DNA of 64,000 bases, taken from positions 480,001 through 544,000 of the forward strand of contig CAWJQU010000004.1 of the NCBI GenBank assembly GCA_963845145.1, written 5' to 3'. The notes under the pieces were generated by a model. The model was given only the letters and a program-made list of their open reading frames with translations. It had not been told where the DNA came from and ran no database searches. Numbering within the stretch: the stretch's first letter is position 1; each line of letters opens with the position of its first letter. Both the position numbers and the translations under genes were made by a program. This DNA comes from an uncultured delta proteobacterium. GTDB taxonomy: Bacteria; Desulfobacterota; Desulfobacteria; Desulfobacterales; QNYZ01. Positions 1 to 7,837 of the stretch are shown piece by piece.

Positions 1-7
1 TAGCTTT

Positions 8-197
8 ACCCTAACGTTGCATAAAAATGGGTCCAAAACCGTTTTACTCGCACTATCTTAAGGCCCCTGCGGTGAGATTCTCCATTTTCAAGATCTCACC
101 GTATGTTGAATACGGTTTCAACCTTGAAAATAGAGAATCTAACCGCAATGACCTAACCTATCGCGTTTTGATCTCAATTTTTATGCAACGTTAGGGT
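8..197. mobile_element. MITE-like long hairpin element (family A)
   Basis: Perfect 21-bp terminal inverted repeats ACCCTAACGTTGCATAAAAAT (8-28) and ATTTTTATGCAACGTTAGGGT (177-197). Nested inner arms TGCGGTGAGATTCTCCATTTTCAAG / CTTGAAAATAGAGAATCTAACCGCA and apical ACCGTAT-N5-ATACGGT. Non-coding. Confidence 0.7.
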
Positions 198-385
198 TTA
201 CGTTAAACTGTGATTTCTTTCAATCAATCAAACCGCAACAGAATTAAGGGTTGAGCGGATACCCCCGCCGTAAACGAGGTCAGTAAAATAATCGAAAGCT
301 GAAAAGCGGATTTGATATTGAAACAACATGTAAATATTATTAATTCAATTTTTTACGGTATTATAATCATTACGTCAAATAATAG

Positions 386-670
386 ATGGGTGCCAATGCG
401 ATGATACGCAAACTCACAATTATGGATGTGATAAAAGGACTTTTGTTCTGCTTTGTAATGCTCCTTTTTATGGGATTTTTTTTCGTTATCGTTAAACTGG
501 TTATTGAAGATAACATTTTTAATATAGAGAATCCATTGTATGCAATAATCGGTGGGGGACTATTTCTTATTATTTTTGGTCTTATTATTGGTTTCTCAAG
601 GGTTAGACAAGCGGGTTACACAAAAAACATCCTTGCAGAACTACTAAAAATCATGAAGAGTAAAAAATAA
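386..670 (+). CDS. Small hypothetical membrane protein with two hydrophobic helices
   Basis: 94-aa AT-rich ORF with two hydrophobic segments and a basic C-terminus. The start may instead be ATG 401 or 422. Confidence 0.55.
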   Translation: MGANAMIRKLTIMDVIKGLLFCFVMLLFMGFFFVIVKLVIEDNIFNIENPLYAIIGGGLFLIIFGLIIGFSRVRQAGYTKNILAELLKIMKSKK

Positions 671-801
671 CTTCATGTCTGGTAAATGTTATTCTCCCAA
701 TCCTGGGGATGACTCATCAACGGTGAAACGGGATTCTGAAAAGCTCTGATAGCATGCTATCGTCATGCTATTGTGCGATGTTTTTAAGCAGCTCTTTTCT
801 C

Positions 802-850
802 TTGACAAATCGTATACTATTATATGAATATATTATTCACTGTATAACTC
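802..850 (+). promoter_or_regulatory. Putative sigma70 promoter and GntR operator upstream of acdS
   Basis: TTGACA at 802-807, an AT-rich tract and GTATAC (812-817) resembling a FadR/GntR GT..AC core. The -10 spacing is not canonical. Confidence 0.35.
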
Positions 851-867
851 AATATTGGAGGCTTCCG

Positions 868-1881
868 ATGCTGAACCATTTTGAACGCTATCCACTCATG
901 TTTGGCCCTACACCCATTGAGAAACTGGATCGGTTGTCGAACTTTCTCGGCGGTAAGGTCGATATTTATGCCAAACGGGAGGATTGCAACTCCGGACTCG
1001 CATTTGGCGGTAACAAGATTCGCAAGCTCGAATATATCGTTCCCGATGCGATTGCCTCAAATGCGGATACGCTGGTTTCAATTGGCGGCGTTCAGTCCAA
1101 CCACACCCGCCAGGTTGCGGCGGTCGCTGCTAAAATCGGCATGAAATGCCACCTTGTGCAGGAAAGCTGGGTGCCATTTCCGGATACGGTTTACGATCGG
1201 GTGGGGAACATCCTGATGAGCCGTCTGATGGGCGCGAAGATCGATTTCGTTGACGAAGGCTTCGATATCGGCATTCGTAAAAGCTGGGAGCGGGCATTGG
1301 AAGAGGTAAAGGCGAAAGGCGGAAAGCCCTATGCTATTCCAGCCGGCGCCTCCGTTCACAAACTCGGCGGTCTCGGCTATGTCGGTTTTGCTGAAGAAGT
1401 GCGACAACAGGAAGCGGACCTTGGCATTTCATTCGACTATATCATCGTTTGCACGGTAACCGGGTCCACCCACGCCGGAATGGTGGTTGGCTTTGCAAAG
1501 GATGGCCGTGCCGACCATGTGATCGGTATCGACGCCTCAGCCACGCCCGAACAAACAAAGGCTCAAGTCCTGGCGATTGCCGAGAAAACGGCGGATTTGG
1601 TAGCGCTTGGCCGCGATATCACGGATGATGATGTGGTCCTAATGGAGGACTACGCCTATCCGGCCTATGGTATTCCGTCCGAAGAGACCAATGAAGCCAT
1701 TCGGCTGTGTGCCCGTATGGAAGGCATGATAACCGACCCGGTCTATGAGGGGAAATCCATGCAGGGCCTGATTGATCTCATCAAAAAGGGTTTTTTCCCG
1801 GATAAATCCAAGGTCCTCTATGCCCATCTGGGCGGTGTGCCGGCCATAAACGCTTATAGCTATATTTATCGAAATGGATAA
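868..1881 (+). CDS. acdS: 1-aminocyclopropane-1-carboxylate (ACC) deaminase, PLP-dependent
   Basis: GGAGG RBS then ATG 868 gives 337 aa. Motifs [54 protein letters not shown] and YAHLGG. The Glu and Leu at the two diagnostic positions separate ACC deaminase from D-cysteine desulfhydrase. Confidence 0.92.
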   Translation: MLNHFERYPLMFGPTPIEKLDRLSNFLGGKVDIYAKREDCNSGLAFGGNKIRKLEYIVPDAIASNADTLVSIGGVQSNHTRQVAAVAAKIGMKCHLVQESWVPFPDTVYDRVGNILMSRLMGAKIDFVDEGFDIGIRKSWERALEEVKAKGGKPYAIPAGASVHKLGGLGYVGFAEEVRQQEADLGISFDYIIVCTVTGSTHAGMVVGFAKDGRADHVIGIDASATPEQTKAQVLAIAEKTADLVALGRDITDDDVVLMEDYAYPAYGIPSEETNEAIRLCARMEGMITDPVYEGKSMQGLIDLIKKGFFPDKSKVLYAHLGGVPAINAYSYIYRNG

Positions 1882-1908
1882 GGCTGAAAATAGGTTGACT
1901 TACGAGCC

Positions 1909-2568
1909 ATGAACAATCAACCCTCACTGTATCAAAAGAGTCCCGGGAATACACCGGAATTTATCGCCAATGCATTGCGCGATGCCATTTTGCAAGGCCG
2001 CTATAAGGCCAATCAGCCGCTTCGCCAGGACCCCATCGCCGAGGAATTGGGCGTTAGCAAAATTCCGTTGCGCGAGGCGCTTGTGCAACTGAAAGCCGAA
2101 GGCCTGGTAACATTTATGCCGAAACGGGGTGCCGTCGTATCCGCGTTGTCGGCGAATGAAGTGGAAGAGATATATGCCATGCGGATCGCGCTGGAATCCG
2201 TGGCGATTGAAAAAGCCATTCCCCGTTTGACCACGGCCGATTTAATTCGGGCCAAAAGTGTTTTGGAAATCATTGATAGTGAAACAGATAAGGGGCAATG
2301 GGGGGCGCTGAATTGGGAATATCACGCGACGCTATACCAGGCCGCACAAATGCCTTTTTTGTTGAATACGATCCAACAGTTGCACAATAATGTCTCCAGG
2401 TATCTCATCATTTATCTGGACCGATTATCCGCCTCAGAAATATCCCAGGGTGAGCACTGGGATCTACTTCATGCCTGCCGCGAGAAAGATGTCGCTCTTG
2501 CGCTGACTATTTTAAGCAAACATCTCAGGCAAGCTTCGGAGCGTCTAACGGCCTATCTTCTTTCCTGA
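1909..2568 (+). CDS. GntR family (FCD domain) transcriptional regulator
   Basis: N-terminal wHTH (LRDAILQG...LGVSKIPLREAL..L.AEGLV) and FCD C-terminal domain (N.EYH, EH..L). Confidence 0.9.
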   Translation: MNNQPSLYQKSPGNTPEFIANALRDAILQGRYKANQPLRQDPIAEELGVSKIPLREALVQLKAEGLVTFMPKRGAVVSALSANEVEEIYAMRIALESVAIEKAIPRLTTADLIRAKSVLEIIDSETDKGQWGALNWEYHATLYQAAQMPFLLNTIQQLHNNVSRYLIIYLDRLSASEISQGEHWDLLHACREKDVALALTILSKHLRQASERLTAYLLS

Positions 2569-2705
2569 TCAATCGCTTCGGGCTTGCACCAATGATGTTT
2601 TCTGGATATAAAAATCGCTCAGGCAGAAGATTTACTATTTGTTGTGACTTCAACCCCACCGAGTCATGGCGATCGTATTGAGGTACTTCGGGTTAAGGAG
2701 TAGAC

Positions 2706-3824
2706 ATGATCAAGACCCAACCATTTGCCCTGGAGCGCTACTTTGACCGGCATGAGTTTTCGGCCAAATATCTGCTCTCTTGCTCCGACTGCGAACCGTT
2801 GACCCTTAAGGCGCTTTTGGCATTGGCCGACCCCGAAAGTCGAGAATTGTGGAACGATTTGACCCTGGCCTATACCGAAACAACCGGGCTACCAGCCCTG
2901 CGCGAGGCCATTGCCCAGAGTTACCAGGGTATTGAACCGGATAACATCGTGGTGATGGCCCCGGAGGAGGGCGTTTTTTTGTTTATGCAGACGCTTCTTC
3001 AGCCCGGTGACCATGTCGTCTGCACCTTTCCGGGTTACCAGTCCCTGTATGAATTGGCCCGTGCTTCGGGTTGCGAGGTCTCTTTGTGGGCCCTTGAAGA
3101 GGAGAACGGCTGGCATTTGGATCTGGATTCCCTGGCGCACATGCTTCGGGACAACACCAAGCTGGTGGTGGTCAATTTTCCCCACAACCCCACAGGTTAT
3201 CAGCCCTCACATGATGAGATGACTGCAATCGTTGATCTTGTGCGTCGCAACGGTGCCTATCTTTTTTCAGACGAGATGTATCGGTTCCTGTCGTTTGATG
3301 GTGAGGTGGCCCTACCGGCGGGTTGCGAGATGTACGAAAAGGCGGTGTCGCTTTCCGGGTTGTCGAAATCTTTCGGTCTGCCCGGCCTGCGGCTAGGTTG
3401 GCTGGCCACCCGGGACAGGGGTCTTTTGCAGCGGGTGTCGGGGTTAAAGGATTATACCACCATCTGCAACAGTGCCCCCAGCGAAGTCCTCGGCCTTATG
3501 GCATTGCGCGCTCGAGACCGGATTGTTGCCGGGCATTTAGACTGCATCCAACGCAACTTGGCTGTGCTGGACAATTTTATGCAGACCCACGCGCACTTTT
3601 TTCAATGGCTCCGGCCACAGGGAGGCTCCATTTGTTTTCCACGCATGCTCATCGATCAGGATACCCACACTTTTTGCGAATCCCTGGTTGAAAAAACCGG
3701 TATTATGCTGGTACCCTCGGCCCTGTTTGACTTCGGTGATGACCATGTCCGTATCGGTTATGGACGTGACAACTTTCCCGATGTTTTGAATCGGCTATCA
3801 GAATATCTTGCCGTCTGGCGATAG
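2706..3824 (+). CDS. Class I/II PLP-dependent aminotransferase
   Basis: AAGGAG RBS. Motifs NFPHNPTG, FSDEMY and SLSGLSKSFGLPGLRLGW (PLP lysine). Confidence 0.9.
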   Translation: MIKTQPFALERYFDRHEFSAKYLLSCSDCEPLTLKALLALADPESRELWNDLTLAYTETTGLPALREAIAQSYQGIEPDNIVVMAPEEGVFLFMQTLLQPGDHVVCTFPGYQSLYELARASGCEVSLWALEEENGWHLDLDSLAHMLRDNTKLVVVNFPHNPTGYQPSHDEMTAIVDLVRRNGAYLFSDEMYRFLSFDGEVALPAGCEMYEKAVSLSGLSKSFGLPGLRLGWLATRDRGLLQRVSGLKDYTTICNSAPSEVLGLMALRARDRIVAGHLDCIQRNLAVLDNFMQTHAHFFQWLRPQGGSICFPRMLIDQDTHTFCESLVEKTGIMLVPSALFDFGDDHVRIGYGRDNFPDVLNRLSEYLAVWR

Positions 3825-3839
3825 TACCCATATTTAAAC

Positions 3840-4898
3840 ATGGCAAAATTATCATTTTTACACATTAAAATTGTCATCATCTGCCTTGTGGCGTCTTGCA
3901 GTTTGTTCTACCAAGTTCCTGCCGCGAGGGGTGAATCGGTCCATATTCACAAATATAAAGGGGCCGACGGAACCTGGCGTTTTACCGATACCTACCCGGA
4001 TACCTCCCAGGATATTGGCCCGGATGCCGACCCGGATATCAATCGGGATACTGATCGGGATACCAATCGGGCCGTGCAGTCCCAGGAAGCCTTAACATCA
4101 ACGCCCCGTCCAAAGATCCGCCTTAGCCGTGAATCGGACGGGCAGGGCGATGTGATTTATGCCCACAATGACTATATGGGGCCTGTAGAAGTGATGGTGC
4201 GGTTTATATCAGCAGAGAATGTCGATATTGTGGATACCGCCATTTTTATGGCAGGTGACCATGATGATGTGCGAAATTATATTTTACCACGAAGCGGAAA
4301 GCAGGCGGTTTTTGCAGTCAAACCAACCAAGTTTTCAAGGCCCTCGCGATATAAATTCACCTACCGCTATTTGCCCGGCGACCCGCGGGCCACTCCCGAC
4401 GATCAATTTAACTATCTCGCGCCCATTGCCCCGGGGGCACGATTTCCAATCACCCAGGCCTTCAACGGCCCATTCAGTCATCAAGGCCGCCACAACCGCT
4501 ATGCCGTGGATATCGCCATGCCGGTTGAGACGCCCATCCATTGTGCCCGGACCGGTATGGTCATGGAAGTGATGGACGACTACTTCTGGGCCGGTAAGAA
4601 CCTCACCTATTATGGGCCTCGGAGTAACCTTATCCGTATCCTTCATGATGACGGTACCATGGCTTTATATGCCCACCTTTGGCGGGGATCAGCCGTTGTA
4701 AAGGCCGGGCAGCGGGTTAACGCCGGGGAAATGATTGCCCGCAGTGGGAATACCGGTTATTCTTCCGGCCCACACCTCCACTTTAGTGTTTTGATCAACC
4801 AGGGCATGGAAGTGGTTTCAGTCCCATTTCAATTCAAAGGGGCTGGCGGGAGCGGTATTACCCCCGTAAGGGGATTCTTTTTGACGCACAATAAATAA
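3840..4898 (+). CDS. Secreted M23 family metallopeptidase with N-terminal DUF4124-like segment
   Basis: Signal peptide, IHKYKGADGTWRFTD segment and M23 motifs H..RYAVDIAM, LYAHL, SGNTGYSSGPHLHF. Confidence 0.88.
   Translation: MAKLSFLHIKIVIICLVASCSLFYQVPAARGESVHIHKYKGADGTWRFTDTYPDTSQDIGPDADPDINRDTDRDTNRAVQSQEALTSTPRPKIRLSRESDGQGDVIYAHNDYMGPVEVMVRFISAENVDIVDTAIFMAGDHDDVRNYILPRSGKQAVFAVKPTKFSRPSRYKFTYRYLPGDPRATPDDQFNYLAPIAPGARFPITQAFNGPFSHQGRHNRYAVDIAMPVETPIHCARTGMVMEVMDDYFWAGKNLTYYGPRSNLIRILHDDGTMALYAHLWRGSAVVKAGQRVNAGEMIARSGNTGYSSGPHLHFSVLINQGMEVVSVPFQFKGAGGSGITPVRGFFLTHNK
3987..4070 (+). repeat. Degenerate 12-bp tandem repeat x7, in frame (D-x-x-P/Q/R)
   Basis: GATACCTACCCG GATACCTCCCAG GATATTGGCCCG GATGCCGACCCG GATATCAATCGG GATACTGATCGG GATACCAATCGG. 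Confidence 0.75.
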
Positions 4899-4927
4899 TC
4901 CCAGGTCATTTCACCCCAAAATGATGT

Positions 4928-4992
4928 TTGACAAAGCAATCGTTTTGTTCCATATATTGTTTCCATCAAATGATGGAAACAATATATGGAAC
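4928..4992 (+). promoter_or_regulatory. Promoter with perfect 46-bp palindrome, likely the TetR operator
   Basis: TTGACA at 4928-4933. GTTCCATATATTGTTTCCATCA-AA-TGATGGAAACAATATATGGAAC (4947-4992) has perfect 22-bp arms covering the -10 region and ends 6 bp before the TetR ATG. Confidence 0.75.
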
Positions 4993-4998
4993 TATCGT

Positions 4999-5628
4999 AT
5001 GGTTACCCCTCTTGAAAAAGCCCGATTAGCGCCAGACTCCATGAAAGCCAAAATTCTGAAAATTGCGCGAAAGGTTTTCGGCGAATATGGATTTCACGGC
5101 ACCACCACCCGAATGATTGCCGAAAAGGTTGGCATTGATATATCGACACTCTATTATCATTGGGGAGAAAAAAGTGATTTGTATGAAGGGGTCATTATTG
5201 ACATCAATGATGATCTTCAAAATAAGCTCGGTGAAGCAGAGAAAATGATCGTCGGCCTTCCATTGGAGGAACGAATGGTGATTGCCATTGATACCATGAC
5301 CGACTACCTTTTCAACCATCCGGAAATATCCAATTTAATCCTCTTTCAATATTTTACAAAAACGAGAAGCAAAGCTCAGTTTGATGTTGAGATACCCAGG
5401 TTTATCTCCGACATTGCCCTTTCGATGGGACTTATAAAAGATAAAAAAGATCCAACAATACAACCCCGCCTACAGGTCCTGGCCATTATGAATGCGATCC
5501 ACAATTTCATTTCCGGTGAAGTGTTCTTTAGATCCATACTTGATGTAGAGAAAAACGCATACGTTCAAGAGGTTAAAAAAACATTGAAACTCATTTTGAT
5601 TCCCGCGTTTACAAAGCCGGTGAAATAA
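4999..5628 (+). CDS. TetR/AcrR family transcriptional regulator
   Basis: HTH ILKIARKVFGEYGFHGTTTRMIAEKVGIDISTLYYHWGEK. The start is placed at ATG 4999 because the longer ORF runs through the promoter. Confidence 0.9.
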   Translation: MVTPLEKARLAPDSMKAKILKIARKVFGEYGFHGTTTRMIAEKVGIDISTLYYHWGEKSDLYEGVIIDINDDLQNKLGEAEKMIVGLPLEERMVIAIDTMTDYLFNHPEISNLILFQYFTKTRSKAQFDVEIPRFISDIALSMGLIKDKKDPTIQPRLQVLAIMNAIHNFISGEVFFRSILDVEKNAYVQEVKKTLKLILIPAFTKPVK

Positions 5629-5671
5629 AATGGCTTTATCTGATTTTATTTCAAAAGAAGGAGGTGACTGA

Positions 5672-7804
5672 ATGGCACTCAATCCAGACGCCATTGGCGA
5701 AAAGATTGGTCCCCTTAAAAAAGCCTATACTTGGAAGGATACGGTTCTATATGCATTGGGGGTGGGCGCCGGATTCGATGAACTTGACTATGTTTATGAG
5801 GATCGGCAGAAAGTTATTCCCAGTTTTTCCATAGCCGGCATCTTCGATTTTTTAGCTGAAACAGCTATTAAAGCGAATGTAAATCTATCCGGCATTTTAC
5901 ATGGCGAACAGGATATTATTTTTCACGGTGCCATCCCACCTGAAGGCACATTAATTACCACCGGTGCCATAACCCATATGTATGACAAAGGCCAAAAAAA
6001 AGGGGCCTTGGTTGTCTCCGAAGCGGATACCTTTCACTCTAACGGCCAAAAACTCTATACAAGTATTTTTACTCTTTTTTGCAGGAAGGACGGAGGATTC
6101 GGCGGGGAATCCGGGCCGGATGAAACCTTTGAGATTCCCCAACGCGAACCTGATTTTAGCGAACACGCCATTCCCCCTGATAATCAACCCCTTCTTTACC
6201 GACTTTCCGGAGATATTTTTGCTTTACATGTGGATCCTGAATTTGCAAAAGCCTCGGGATTTGAAAAGCCGATCATGCACGGCTTATGCACCCATGGGTA
6301 TGCATGCCGGGCTGTGATCAAACACCTTTTTCCGGGCCAACCCGAACGAATGAAACGATTTAAAGTGCGGTTTTCCAATACCCTTTACCCCGGGGTTCCC
6401 ATAAAAACCCATATCTGGAAAATCAATGAAAATAAAGCCGTCTTCAGAACGATTACTGCAGAAAATGAAGAGATCATATTGGATTTAGGCATTGTTGAAT
6501 GGATTGGCCCGGATGAACTCGCGTTTAGAGAGCAACTGGGGAGTATCCATTTTAAAGGTCAAGTTGCCGTGGTAACCGGTGCCGGTGCCGGCCTTGGTAA
6601 AGTTTATGCCATGGAACTCGCTCAGCGCGGGGCGAAAGTTTTGGTAAACGACCTTGGCGGAGGAACCGACGGCTCCGGTGGATCGTCTTCAGCCGCTGAC
6701 GAAGTTGTTAAAGCGATACAAAGGAGGGGCGGGGAAGCGGTGGCAAATTATGATTCCGTCGCCACAAAAGAAGGGGGCGCAGCCATCATCAAGCAAGCCG
6801 TGGATGCATGGGGGCGTGTTGATATCCTAATCAATAATGCCGGAATCCTAAAAGATAAATCCTTTATCAAAATGGACCCTGCCATGTGGCAGGATGTTTT
6901 GGATGTTCACTTGAACGGGGCCTATCATCTCTCGCGGCCGGCTTTAAATCAGATGAAGCAACAAAATTATGGCCGCATCATCTTCACATCCTCGGCGGCC
7001 GGGCTCTACGGCAATTTTGGACAGACCAATTATGGGGCCGCTAAATTGGCTCTCATCGGGTTTATGAACACCCTTAAAATAGAAGGGATGAAGGCGGATA
7101 TCAAAGTGAATACGGTTGCCCCCATAGCCGGCACCCGACTCACCAGAGATATTCTTCCGCCGGATCTATTCGACAAGCTAAAACCGGAATTTGTGGCACC
7201 CCTGGTACTTTATCTGGCCAGTGAGCAGTGTCCGGTTACCGGAGGGATCTATAATGCCGGCATGGGATATTACAATCGTGTTTCCGTATTTACCGGGAAA
7301 GGCCTGGCACTGGGCGATGATACCGCTTTACTGCAACCGGAAACCATTGCCAAGAAAATGGAATCAATCCAATCCATGGCCGGGGCAAAACCCTATTTTG
7401 ATGCTGTTGGCGCGCTTTCACCCATGCTGGAGGCGTTGGACCCCCAAAAAAACAAACCGGATACGAATGAACCAACCGAAGCGCAAATTACCGTAAAGCA
7501 TATATTTAAAACCCTTCCGGAAGTGTTTGACCCCGAGGTAGCCAAAGGTCTTGATCTGGTATTCCAATTTACCATCTCCGGTCCTGAAGGGGGGGAGTGG
7601 TATTCAATTATTAAAAATCAAACCTGCAAGGTAAAAACCGGCAAATTCGATACGCCCACCACGACCATCAAGATGGGTGACGTTGATTTTCTCGCACTGA
7701 TGTCCGGCAATCTCAACCCCATGGCAGCTTATACTAGTGGGAAATTAAAGATTGAGGGTGACATCATGAAATCTCAATTGATCGATAAGTTATTCAAAAT
7801 TTAA
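5672..7804 (+). CDS. Multifunctional MaoC/hydratase-2 + SDR 3-hydroxyacyl-CoA dehydrogenase + SCP2 fusion (MFE-2-like domains)
   Basis: AGGAGG RBS. LYALGVG, LHGEQ and hydratase-2 motif YRLSGDIFALHVDP..PIMHGLCT. SDR motifs TGAGAGLG, NNAG and NYGAAK. C-terminal SCP2 (AYTSGKLKIEGD). Confidence 0.88.
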   Translation: MALNPDAIGEKIGPLKKAYTWKDTVLYALGVGAGFDELDYVYEDRQKVIPSFSIAGIFDFLAETAIKANVNLSGILHGEQDIIFHGAIPPEGTLITTGAITHMYDKGQKKGALVVSEADTFHSNGQKLYTSIFTLFCRKDGGFGGESGPDETFEIPQREPDFSEHAIPPDNQPLLYRLSGDIFALHVDPEFAKASGFEKPIMHGLCTHGYACRAVIKHLFPGQPERMKRFKVRFSNTLYPGVPIKTHIWKINENKAVFRTITAENEEIILDLGIVEWIGPDELAFREQLGSIHFKGQVAVVTGAGAGLGKVYAMELAQRGAKVLVNDLGGGTDGSGGSSSAADEVVKAIQRRGGEAVANYDSVATKEGGAAIIKQAVDAWGRVDILINNAGILKDKSFIKMDPAMWQDVLDVHLNGAYHLSRPALNQMKQQNYGRIIFTSSAAGLYGNFGQTNYGAAKLALIGFMNTLKIEGMKADIKVNTVAPIAGTRLTRDILPPDLFDKLKPEFVAPLVLYLASEQCPVTGGIYNAGMGYYNRVSVFTGKGLALGDDTALLQPETIAKKMESIQSMAGAKPYFDAVGALSPMLEALDPQKNKPDTNEPTEAQITVKHIFKTLPEVFDPEVAKGLDLVFQFTISGPEGGEWYSIIKNQTCKVKTGKFDTPTTTIKMGDVDFLALMSGNLNPMAAYTSGKLKIEGDIMKSQLIDKLFKI

Positions 7805-7837
7805 CTTTTTTGACAAACACTCAAAGGAGAATCATCC

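Noticed and set aside
8..197. Integron attC site (CCTAAC...GTTAGG ends)
   Set aside because: The arms pair perfectly for 21 bp with no unpaired spacer or extrahelical bases, it is longer than typical attC sites, and no integrase or cassette array is visible.
754..867. N-terminal extension of the acdS ORF in the track
   Set aside because: It runs through the promoter. The RBS and family homology begin at ATG 868.
3161..3168. E. coli-type Chi octamer GCTGGTGG (another lies just upstream of recC)
   Set aside because: A couple of hits in 64 kb is expected by chance, and Chi sequences are lineage-specific.
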